A stretch of DNA of 63,423 nucleotides, filler included, from Guillardia theta CCMP2712 (GCF_000315625.1; 5 parts of 5 records of this genome joined end to end with filler, not necessarily neighbours in it); one strand, 5' to 3'; counted from the first letter of the whole stretch, positions 24,952-34,391 are shown. Numbers and translations are program-made. Notes: generated by a model not told the origin, from the letters alone.

Positions 24952-25254
24952 CCTAGTCTATTCTACACTACTGGACAAAATCGCCTATTACGTTTCCTAC
25001 TTCCTATATAATATCTCAAAACGTAATAGGCGATTTTGTCCTGTCCTTTCACTTGAACCACCTCCTGCCCTCCTTCAAGCTTTTATTATGATCCAATCTT
25101 CTGCAATAACCCCTCTCTGTCCTCCTTCTATTCCCTAGTCTAGAATAGACCACTAGACAGAATCGACTATTACGTTTCCTACTTCCTTTATAATATCTCT
25201 AAACGTAATAGGCGATTCTGTCCTGTCCTTTCACTAAAACCACCTCCTGCCCTC
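24952..25254. repeat. Two direct copies (~120 bp) of a stem-loop element with 22-23-bp arms and a 23-nt loop
   Basis: Copy 1 arms 24973-24995 and 25019-25041 are perfect; copy 2 arms 25156-25177 and 25201-25222 have one mismatch. Confidence 0.9.
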
Positions 25255-25375
25255 ATAAATTGATGGATGCCTGTATCACTCGTTCCGGCATAGCCTAGTG
25301 CGAAGCACGCAGGCGAGCAAGCGCAGCTTGCCATATCCCACGACTCTATTATTCCTTAGTTTAGTGGCTACTGTC

Positions 25376-25533
25376 TGGGGAAAATGGGGAAAATGGGGAA
25401 AATGGGGAAAATGGGGAAGGTTTTCAATCCTTTTTTCAAAAATCAAAATTTTTTTTTCACGCTCAAATTTTTTTCTCGTATACACGAAAAACTTTCTAAA
25501 ATCTTCCCCATTTTCCCCATTTTCCCCATTTCC
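25376..25533. repeat. Inverted arrays of 9-mer TGGGGAAAA flanking an A/T-tract spacer (origin-like)
   Basis: Five TGGGGAA(AA) at 25376-25418 and three (TT)TTCCCCA at 25503-25528, around an ~85-nt core rich in A- and T-tracts. Confidence 0.85.
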
Positions 25534-25587
25534 TCTATTTCAGACTAAATTTAGAGAGGTTTAGTAATTAGTATGGTAATTTTTTCC

Positions 25588-27272
25588 TTATTCATCATCA
25601 TCTGAATCAACCATTCCATTGTAAGGATGGTCTCTTACAGATATGTGCTTGAAGCCATTTGATTGTTTATTATCAACAATTATATGTTTATCCGAATAAG
25701 GACCAGCTAGTTTGTTCCTTATGATATATTCCTTCACTTGGGATGGTGTCAGCGAGGTGGTATGTTTACATTTCTTCAATTCTGTTTTTATAGTGCTCAT
25801 GTGCAGGCCTGTTGAAGTGGTATCATATTGGAACATTTCACAGAAGATAACGTTCAGATCTACAGTGCCTCTCTCAGGTTTTAGTGACGAAGAATCTCTT
25901 AATACACACTCTGGAATATTTAAATTATCTCTAAAGCTCTCTAGTATTATCTGTGTAAAAGCCAGTACATTCTCTTCTCTTGTTATCCATTCTTTCAAGT
26001 TTTTATCTGCTAGTTTCCAGAATGATGGGATCGTGATGTCTTGTTCCCTATAATTCATAAACTCTTGTTCTGGTTGGAATTTTGATGGAAACAATATGCC
26101 AACTAGAGTTTCATAAGTGTCGACAGGATCAACTTCTGGAAATTCATTGCAAAAGAAAAAAGGAACTGCATTATGGTTCATCTCTCTTTCATCTACAAAG
26201 TTCTTTCTTACTTGCACTGAATCTCCACCAGTCATCATCTTAATAAGACTCCCATCAATCCTCTCTTTTTTTGATGATTGTCTTATCTCGTTTGTATATG
26301 TAAATCTAACGTCATCCCATGAAGCCATGAAGGATAAGGCTTTTGCTTCGTCTTGTGATTGATGTCTTCTTTGAATTAATGAAGCAAGATTGAAAGTTTG
26401 TGTAAACCCTTCAAATGACTTCTTCATCATGTTGCATATCAAACCCTTGCCACAGTTTCTTTCCCCTTTACATATGAACCATTTCTTATCATTGCTAAAA
26501 CCTGCTATCGTTCTTGACAAACAACCAAGAAAGAATTTTTGTTGTTCAATGTCTGGAAGGATTGGGTCTATCACCTTCTCATAAAACGTCTTCATCACTG
26601 CTTCATCATTTATCATCTTCAAGTCATACGATATTATTCTTGTGAAGTGAATGTCTCTGTTGTATGCTTCATCGAATGACAGTAGTCTTCTGTCCCTGAA
26701 TGAATATATCCCATTATTAAATGGTAAGTATCCCACATTTGAACTCTTCATCCTGTTCAAAAACTGTTCGTCCTTGAAACACTTCGCATCTTGATGGTCC
26801 GTTGTGGTCTTTACTGCCCTCTTCACATTTGACTCGTTGTTTGAGTATGGTTTCATCACCCCTGACTCCATATACATTATATCTAGGTTGTAGTATAGTT
26901 GTGCTATTGCACGATTGACAGCCTTGCTATCAGATATCCATATCTTTCCATTGTAGTGATAGAACGTGTTGTTCGAAAATTTGAAACAACCCTTAAATCT
27001 CTCTTTGAATATCCTGAAAGCACCTAAATCATCATTCTTATCTTGAATCAGATTATCAATCTCCTCCTTTATCGTCATATACTCGTCAAAGGGTTTTACC
27101 TTCAACTTTATCTCTATCCCCGTCCTCTGCTTTATGAACTCCTCATACTTCGTCATGTCTCTCATCCTCTCCTCATTCTCCTCTGTCCATGGCACTTGAA
27201 GCCCATCGTGAATCAATACACACTTGTACCCATTCTTGAACGCTGGGATCACCCCATCCTCTATCAGCTTTA
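25588..27272 (-). CDS. PolA-like (TVpol-type) polymerase/primase C-terminus fused to D5-like superfamily 3 helicase; 5'-truncated by the transposon
   Basis: CVLIHDGLQV...IKLKVKPF (PolA motif C-like); D5_N-like YHYNGKIW, YLPFNNGIY; Walker A GERNCGKG, Walker B FTYTNE, IKMMTGGDSVQVR, FFFCN. The frame is open up to the TA at 27271-27272 with no ATG start. Confidence 0.85.
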
Positions 27273-27325
27273 AAGTTGTTTGCGTTTTTATGTTGGGACA
27301 CTTATTTTTTGTACTTGAATATGTA

Positions 27326-28314
27326 ATGATGTATTCTAGAACTTATCCGGCTGGTGAGGTCATTGCAGCTCTTGAAACCTATAATAGGGTCAAAAGTCTT
27401 AGGAAGGCCTCGTATATCACTGGTATTAGCAAATCCACCATTCATAGATGGTGGACCAATCTTAGAACAGTTATTAGACGCAAGGATAAGCGCAAACGAC
27501 GTTTCAAGCGTCGTCATAAGTATCCTCATCTAGATGATGTTATAAAGCACCTCTTCTGCCAAAACAAAGATCTCGCCTTCATGCATCTAAAGCAAATCCA
27601 ATACACATTGAATCTATCTTATGGCATCTCTTCCTCCTTGACATCTATTCATAGAATCCTTAAAAATGTAAGATATCAAGGCGCCGTTTCAACATTCACC
27701 ATATCAATCCAACAAATCCAAGTGATAGAAAGGCCAGGTTTTCAGACTTCAAAGCCTCAATAGATTTATTCTTGAACGACAATATCGTTTGTCTGGATGA
27801 GACCTCATTCTGCAATGTTGGCAACCCTTTTTATGGCTACTTCCCCAAGGGAAGACAACCCAACGCAATCAAGGTATCAAAACGTGAAAGAGTATCATTG
27901 GTCATGGCTGTTCACCCTTCTCTTGGCATTGTTTCTTATAAACGTGTAAACAAGGCCTTTACAAAGGCTTCATTCTTAGTTTTTTTATAGGGTCTTATTC
28001 CTAAGCTTCCTAAGAGCACAAAAGCCATCCTTATGGATAATGTGGCCTTCCATAGGTCTAAAGAGGTTGTTGGCTTGTTGGAACAACATGGTCTTACCCC
28101 ACTTTATATTCCTCCATACTCACCACGATGCAATCCCATTGAGGAGGTCTTCTCTCTATTGAAGAGGGCTTTTAGAACCAAGACAACAAATAATAGCATG
28201 GTAGACCGTATTGAAGAGGCAATCGACATCATAAAAGGATATAAGGCTTTGGATCATAATTATAAACATACAAGAGACTATGTTAGAGAGGAATGTCAAA
28301 CATTAGGATTGTAA
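27326..28314 (+). pseudogene. IS630-family DDE transposase, disrupted (-1 frame change at ~27662-27666 and in-frame TAG at 27988-27990)
   Basis: HTH SLRKASYITGISKSTIHRW; second HTH SSLTSIHRILK; catalytic CLDETSF, ILMDNVAFH, IPPYSPRCNPIEEVFS. ORFs 27772-27990 and 28033-28314 share a frame across the TAG. Confidence 0.9.
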
Positions 28315-30356
28315 AACGAAAGGCCAAGGGCTTCTTCAAGTCGGAGGACCTTGTTACAATCAAGGATGCTGTCAAGCATGCTCATAGGATCATGTCAGAT
28401 GCGTCCATACTCATCCGATCATATTACCTGCGATGGTTCCAGAGCTCATACCCTCTTGAGTCAGATGGCAAAGAACTTGAGCTTGAGCACTTCCATATAT
28501 CCATGGCCTGTAGCATAGTCCAAGGCATAACAAGGCCTCCAGTCCGTGGTGTTGGTCCTGAACGATCTGCTAAGATAACTATCTTCAACGACATGTTAGA
28601 TGAGCACAAGAAGCTGTATGAACGTCTTCCGAATGATAAAGGGTTCGAAACAGACCTCTCTCTATCACATATCTTAGCATACTCTATCGACAACCTCCTT
28701 ACCGCGTATAAAAACAACATCGAGACCCACTTCTTGAAATACACCAAACGTTATATCCTATGTGACATGCTGGCTAAGAATATGGATAAGTCCGAAGCAA
28801 GGAGAGTGGCTGCTATATACACCAACGTTTATATGTACGACGCAACACTCGACCTACAACCAGATTTGATGCTAAAATATGGTCTCCATGATGCCAGCTA
28901 CTCGTTCCTATTTCCACCTAAGATAAAGGAGGATGCTCCTAGAGTTTATGATCTAAAGGCAAACCCATGGGTCTATCTGCCTAAGATGGTTATGATAAAT
29001 CAGGCCTTAGAGACAGACTTCCTAACTGTGATGCACAAGGAGAGGAGGCTGCTCAATCCATTGCCTTTCTATTCATCGTTTGTCCCGATGCACATACGGA
29101 TTGATACATCCGGCTTATCGCAGCTGCTGATGACTAAGGACCGTATTGATGACTTCAAGAGATTTTATCTTGCTGAGTTTGGAGTAAGTCTGAATATATC
29201 AACCAAGGCTAATATGCTAGCAAGTTTTGAGAAGATCTTTGGACGGAAAGCAACATCGAACAGGGAGGCCGGGCTGTACGCAACAGAGATGTGGAGCTTC
29301 TTGACAAACCTAAAGACGTGCCGACAATGGAAGGAGCTTGACGGGGTGGTTCGTAAGAACGATCCTAAGAGAACACAATGGATGTTTGATAATGCGGTTG
29401 TAACGGATGGTGTGTCCATCTCATTCCAGGTCATTGATAACAACATGTTCGGACGTAAGGTCTTCTCATCCAAGAAGAAAGCAACAACATGTGAGAAGGA
29501 TGATGAACAAGATAGCAAGGAAGTTACAAAAGAAGATCTAAAGACATCGAAGCTATTGGGTTGTGATCCAGGAAAGAGAGACATCCTAGCCATAACAGAT
29601 GGAGTCAAGACAATCTGTTACACCAAGGGGCAGCGAGACATGGACACTCATAAGAAAACAAGACTGAGAAACAATCTAAAGCGGCGCAGAGGGTGTCACC
29701 TAGAAGCATATGAAACACAGGTTATGAACCGATTCCAGAAACGATCTTGCCATCCCGAGATGTTTCAACGCTATGCCTGTTCCAGAAAGAGGATGCAGGA
29801 AAGGCTGCTTGAGTGCTACTCTCATCCAGTCTTTAGAGAGTTCAAGTTTTTGGTTTATAACAAGACCAAGAGCTCCGAACATAGGTTTATGCATAGAGTG
29901 TTTACAACATTCAAACAACCGCAGACAAACCTGGACAAGGCAAGGTGTGCTTCCGGATCTATGCGCATGAACGCTTTGAAGGAGGTCCATAAGCACCAAG
30001 ACATAACTATCGGATGGGGTGACTGGGGAAGGAATCCGAACACGCTAAGATGCTCAATAGGACCAACACCAGGAATTGGAATAAGGAGACGGTTTGAATC
30101 ATTATTCAATACAAAAACAGTGCCAGAGCACTATACCTCCAAGGAATGTCCAAGTTGCAAGGAACGAACCTTGACAAAGACTACATGCAATTCGATCACA
30201 AGACACCATCTGCTTCGTTGTACAAACGATAGCTGCAGCAGGTGGTGGAATCGGAATGTAGCTGGAGCGTTCAACATCCTAAAAAGGCTGTTGGATGGCC
30301 AAACACTGTCCGGTAATGAAACTACCGGAGACGGGTTAGGAGGTGGCGACCTCTGA
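28293..30356 (+). CDS. Fz1: Fanzor1 (eukaryotic TnpB-derived RNA-guided RuvC endonuclease), 687 aa, uninterrupted
   Basis: Fanzor1 N-terminal signature (NLLTAYKNNI..HF.KY.KRYI), TDGVSIS, RuvC-I LLGCDPGKRDIL, IGWGDWG, VPEHYTSKECPSC...LLRCTNDSC zinc ribbon, RuvC-III WNRNVAGAFNI. Starts within the last 22 nt of the transposase frame. Confidence 0.93.
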   Translation: MSNIRIVKRKAKGFFKSEDLVTIKDAVKHAHRIMSDASILIRSYYLRWFQSSYPLESDGKELELEHFHISMACSIVQGITRPPVRGVGPERSAKITIFNDMLDEHKKLYERLPNDKGFETDLSLSHILAYSIDNLLTAYKNNIETHFLKYTKRYILCDMLAKNMDKSEARRVAAIYTNVYMYDATLDLQPDLMLKYGLHDASYSFLFPPKIKEDAPRVYDLKANPWVYLPKMVMINQALETDFLTVMHKERRLLNPLPFYSSFVPMHIRIDTSGLSQLLMTKDRIDDFKRFYLAEFGVSLNISTKANMLASFEKIFGRKATSNREAGLYATEMWSFLTNLKTCRQWKELDGVVRKNDPKRTQWMFDNAVVTDGVSISFQVIDNNMFGRKVFSSKKKATTCEKDDEQDSKEVTKEDLKTSKLLGCDPGKRDILAITDGVKTICYTKGQRDMDTHKKTRLRNNLKRRRGCHLEAYETQVMNRFQKRSCHPEMFQRYACSRKRMQERLLECYSHPVFREFKFLVYNKTKSSEHRFMHRVFTTFKQPQTNLDKARCASGSMRMNALKEVHKHQDITIGWGDWGRNPNTLRCSIGPTPGIGIRRRFESLFNTKTVPEHYTSKECPSCKERTLTKTTCNSITRHHLLRCTNDSCSRWWNRNVAGAFNILKRLLDGQTLSGNETTGDGLGGGDL

Positions 30357-30478
30357 GACCTAGAACTTAGAGTGCGAAAACGCCATTACTATTGTGATGC
30401 CTATTCAATGGTGTTGCCTTTGGCAAGCTCTGCTTCCCAAGTGTAAAAAGAAAGCACTCTAAATCGAAACTTGATAAG
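30305..30478 (+). ncRNA. Predicted Fanzor omegaRNA (scaffold to ~30459 plus flank-derived guide); 5' end uncertain
   Basis: Stems: CCGGTA/TACCGG (30310-30328), GAGGT/ACCTC (30340-30353), AACGCCATT/AATGGTGTT (30379-30415), TTGCC/GGCAA (30414-30426), and long-range TAGAGTGC (30368-30375)/GCACTCTA (30454-30461). The position overlapping the ORF end and the transposon right end is as established for TnpB/Fanzor. Confidence 0.7.
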
Positions 30479-31252
30479 ATAAGACGAAGACATGAAGCGA
30501 AAAATGAATATATTAGTGATGATCACAAGGCCTTGTGTGATAAATATAGGTTGTACAATGAATTAGTGAATAATAGCAAGGCTAAAACTATAACAGAATC
30601 TTATGATATTGTTGAAATAGCAGACAAATCATTCACCATAAAAAAGAACACTGTTACATACTATTTCAACAAGTACAATAAGTATTTTGTAAACTCATTG
30701 TTCATTCACACAAAATTCTTGCCATATGACCCATCATTCTTCACAAAGAATGTTAAATTTATCAAGAACCTTTCTACTGAAATCTTCAACAGCACTATTA
30801 TCGAATGTTTCAGAAGCAACGATGCAAACAAGCTAGCACCACTCTTTCAGGATGCTCCAAGGACTGAAAAACCCATGCTGCTGTATACAACGTCAAATGA
30901 CTTCAGATCCTTCAAGAATAATGATGTGTTTGAGATCGACACAGCGTTCCCAATGAAACTCATGATGTTTGAAGATCAATTGAGCATGAACATGCAATCC
31001 ATTCGATGCAGGCTCCTTATTCCAAAGAACACCCCTTTGATAGCTTTCAACAGTCAGGTGTACCTCAACGCTAAACATAAATTTCTTGTTAGAGATAATG
31101 CCAAGGAGATCATCTATTACAATGGAAAGTATATGAGCAATTCAACAACATCTGTTCCCAAAGAACAACCATCATTTAGCAGCATCTGCCCCGCTGATTT
31201 TAGATTCTACAAAACAATCACTGTCGTTGACCTGATCCTTCTTGAAGACTAG
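30461..31252 (+). CDS. Hypothetical viral-like protein, apparently 5'-truncated at the transposon right end
   Basis: The frame of ORF 30533-31252 is open back to the junction (KSKLDKIRRRHEAKNEYISDDHKALCDKY...) with no nearby ATG. Confidence 0.7.
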   Translation, partial: KSKLDKIRRRHEAKNEYISDDHKALCDKYRLYNELVNNSKAKTITESYDIVEIADKSFTIKKNTVTYYFNKYNKYFVNSLFIHTKFLPYDPSFFTKNVKFIKNLSTEIFNSTIIECFRSNDANKLAPLFQDAPRTEKPMLLYTTSNDFRSFKNNDVFEIDTAFPMKLMMFEDQLSMNMQSIRCRLLIPKNTPLIAFNSQVYLNAKHKFLVRDNAKEIIYYNGKYMSNSTTSVPKEQPSFSSICPADFRFYKTITVVDLILLED

Positions 31253-31388
31253 CATATGCCGTGCGCTCACAAAAAATGCCTTTATCATAATAATGGCATA
31301 CACATGCTTTGTTTTTCAATAGTCTTGACATGACTTGACATGATCACCAGGCATATTTTGTCATGATCTTCCACTTGTTCATTCAAAA

Positions 31389-31775
31389 ATGAATGTATTC
31401 CATCTATCCTATTCAACTCACAATGGACTTCTCCAATCACTGTTGGTGTTTGGTGTGAATTGTGAGATATATGCTCAGGATCTTGTGGAAGAGAAGGGGA
31501 GAGAGCATGGCATTACAGATTCAGATATATTGTTCACTCACAATCGGCTGTTTGAGTTGCATGCGGAATTACATGAGAGCCATAGGAGGATGGAAGACTA
31601 TATGGAAAAGCAGCAGAGGCATAATGAGGAGGCGCTGTTTAGAGGGCCATCGGATCGTGACAAGAGACAATGGTTGTACCTTCAATATCTGATAAGATAC
31701 GAGGATGCTTTCAGCAGAAACCTGCTAGAGAGATTGGAGACCGAGAGCAATACGAGTGTGTATGAATTTGGATGA
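31389..31775 (+). CDS. Hypothetical protein, 128 aa
   Basis: ATG in AAAAATG context, non-repetitive ORF, gene-dense AT-rich context. Confidence 0.6.
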   Translation: MNVFHLSYSTHNGLLQSLLVFGVNCEIYAQDLVEEKGREHGITDSDILFTHNRLFELHAELHESHRRMEDYMEKQQRHNEEALFRGPSDRDKRQWLYLQYLIRYEDAFSRNLLERLETESNTSVYEFG

Positions 31776-31852
31776 ATAAGCAAATAATTTTGAAGTGAAA
31801 ATAAAAATATATTTTATTGATTGGGAAATAGTTGTTGATGAGCGTGTAATTC

Positions 31853-34113
31853 TTAGGATCTCGCTTGTGGTTCATTGGTTTTTGCTTGTGGTTCATTTGA
31901 GTATTTCTGAATCCATTTGCGAACAGCATTATCAGAAACCCCATATTTCTTTCCGACTTGCAGATATGATTGCAACTCATTGAAATCTCTTAGAAGCTGT
32001 TCATACGAGGGTCTATTCTTGACCTTTGCGTTACGAATATGATGGCATTTGATGCATCTTTGAGAACCCTTATAAACAATTGCTTTACAATCTATACAGT
32101 AATCGCACTCATTGTTTGTTTTAGCTGATGACAATGATATCTTTCCATCGGTTACAGTAATTGTTTTATCTTTTATTACAGTTGATTTTGTGTTTATTGG
32201 TCGTTGTTTTTCTGGTTTTTGAATGTTCTTCTTATTCTTAGATCTATATGTATCTGTCAATGCATGGCATGTTGCGCACAGGAATTCTAGATTCTCAATG
32301 CGATTATCATTGTTGATGCCGTTCTTGTGTTCAAGGTGAAGCTTGATGGGTGCATCTTCATTCAACTTATTAGAGAATCTTGTTTGGCCACAATGATTGC
32401 ATTTATGCGACCATTTCTTTTCTGTGATCAATCTCCTCAGCAATAATTGTCTACTCTTATATTTGCTATTCTCTACCAATATATCATCAAGCTTATATGT
32501 GGCGTACTTATTGTCAACATTATTATCATCATCCTCTAGATGAGATATATCAATCTCTCTCTCAATGAAGAAATTTAACAACACTGTCTTATTTGGTTTT
32601 GTCTTGTATCCGTATTCAGCAAACAATTCGCTTAGAGAATTGCATCCGCGAATCTTATCAATATGATATTGATCACAATGCTTTCTAAGAGCAGAAACGT
32701 TGCTATTATGAAGACTTGGAAGATGAGATATATCTATGTTATTCTTGTAGATCTTCTTTATGACAGAAGCATCTAGATGCTGTATCTTGTATAGAAGCAT
32801 AAATTGATTCCAATCCTTAGATTTAGATACAACATCCTGCAAATGTTTCAGTTCATCAATATGCAATGAATCAATATCATGACACAATTCAAGATATCGA
32901 CACTTGAAACATTTCTTTGAATTCTTTTCCATCTTCTCTCCACATTGACACAGTATGACCGGTTTGTTCTCTTTAGCCTTCGCTGTGTTCCCGCCACACC
33001 ATGTATCCGTCAGCTGATGACACATATGGCATAACAACCTTAGGTTATCTGGTGAGTTATTTGTCCTATCGCCATCTATATGATCAATCTCTAATGGGAT
33101 CTTGATCATGGTGTAGAATTTGTTTGTAAAGTGTGTCCTATCACACAATACACATCTCTCTCTCTCCACATCCACTCATGAATAAGCCTTTGTTTTATAA
33201 TATTTGTATTAGAGATGTAATTGTTCTTGATAAGGATGTCTCTTAGAGCATACTTGACTGAAGAAGAATTTATATGATGATCCATATTGAGTCTTGTATC
33301 ATCTATGAACTTAACATAGGTTTTGCTTATGGTCCTGTTATATACTATATCATCCAATATAATAAGTGATAATTTTCTCTTATCATAGTACAATCTATGT
33401 ACTTTGTCCTTCATGACCGCATAATCTCCAAACTTATCAAGATTGATGCCTAATCCATTCATAAATGGAATAAGCTTGTTCATGTCCTTGACAGGTGATT
33501 TTTTTACAAACTCTATCCAAGTTTTGGATTCTTGCACAAGATTTTCATAATACTTCTTAGAATATCTAAACATCAAATTATCATTAGACAATCCAAATAT
33601 AATGGGAAAATGCTTTGGAATATTTATAGTTTTCAGCATATCAATGTATATATAATCGATATAGAGAATTCCAATCTTTTCCATGAATTCATTCCAAGAT
33701 TGAGATTCTTGGATGGCTTCTTGTATCTTTGCTTTTTGATCTTCTAGTTTTGAGATGTTCTTATCTAAGATGGATTGCTTTTGAATGCCTTGACATTGAT
33801 CGCATCTTCTTTTGTTCTTTTTATGAAAGCAATAAGTTTTAGGATTCTTTACATAATCCTTCTTCTTATGCAACTGGCAAACTGTAATATCTTTATTTTT
33901 TTCACCATACAAGGCTATGTTATCACAGCCTTGTTCAATACACTTAGCGCCATTGCCACATTGTTTGCATTCATATTTTTTGTTTAGATGAGTGCAATAA
34001 TTCAATGGACGCATCACCATACCATTTTCTTTGTGATCTTTGCATCTATTCTTTTGAGTGTTCTTGAAGCCATATGTTGCGATATTTGTACAACCTTCAC
34101 AATCACAAATCAT
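31853..34113 (-). pseudogene. EsV-1-7-type Cys-repeat + two HNH domains + zinc finger + C-terminal HTH endonuclease, split by a (GA)n frameshift at ~33155-33166
   Basis: CDCEGCTNIATYG...RCKDHK and CIEQGCDNIALYG...VCQLHK repeats; HNH motifs LEIDHIDGDRTNNSPDNLRLLCHMCH and LHLEHKNGINNDNRIENLEFLCATCH; HTH YLQVGKKYGVSDNAVRKW. Removing one GA fuses ORFs 33106-34113 and 31853-33175 into ~752 aa. Confidence 0.85.
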
Positions 34114-34282
34114 GATTTGATTCTAATGAATCCATTTTATGATTCATCATTTTTATTTTTAGTAAGCACATTGGTTGCTTGATTTCAGGACAGAGGATCA
34201 ACCTTTTAGTTATATTGTGAAATTCTAACCTGGAACTTTTTATTTTGATTTAACGCCTTAGAGCGTAATAATTGATAAATTA

Positions 34283-34358
34283 TGGTAGAGGGTAAGGGAG
34301 TTGAACCCTTTATCTTCTGCTTATAAGACAGATGTGGACACCGTTACACCGACCCTCC
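34283..34358 (-). tRNA. trnI-UAU: tRNA-Ile (anticodon UAU), intronless, 3' CCA encoded
   Basis: Minus strand GGAGGGT-CG-GTG..CAC-A-TCTGT CT TAT AA GCAGA-AGATA-AAGGG TTCAACT CCCTT-ACCCTCT-A-CCA. Acceptor, anticodon and T stems all pair; position 8 is C rather than the usual T. Confidence 0.85.
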
Positions 34359-34391
34359 CATAATTTACAAAAAAATTATGGAATAATTTTA

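Larger units (their letters stand above)
27273..30459 (+). mobile_element. IS630/Tc1-mariner-type transposon carrying Fanzor1
   Basis: TA at 27271-27272 and 30460-30461. Imperfect TIRs: left AAGTTGTTTGCGTTTTTATGTTGGGA (27273-27298) versus reverse complement of right GAGTGCTTTCTTTTTACACTTGGGA (30435-30459). Contains a DDE transposase and a TnpB-like ORF in tandem. Confidence 0.88.

Noticed and set aside
24004-25011. 335-aa plus-strand ORF
   Set aside because: Antisense shadow of the purine-rich GIY-YIG genes; Ser/Leu/Phe-biased, no motifs.
28293-30356. Calling the RuvC ORF a Cas12 effector
   Set aside because: No CRISPR array or cas1/cas2; the transposon context and motifs fit Fanzor1.
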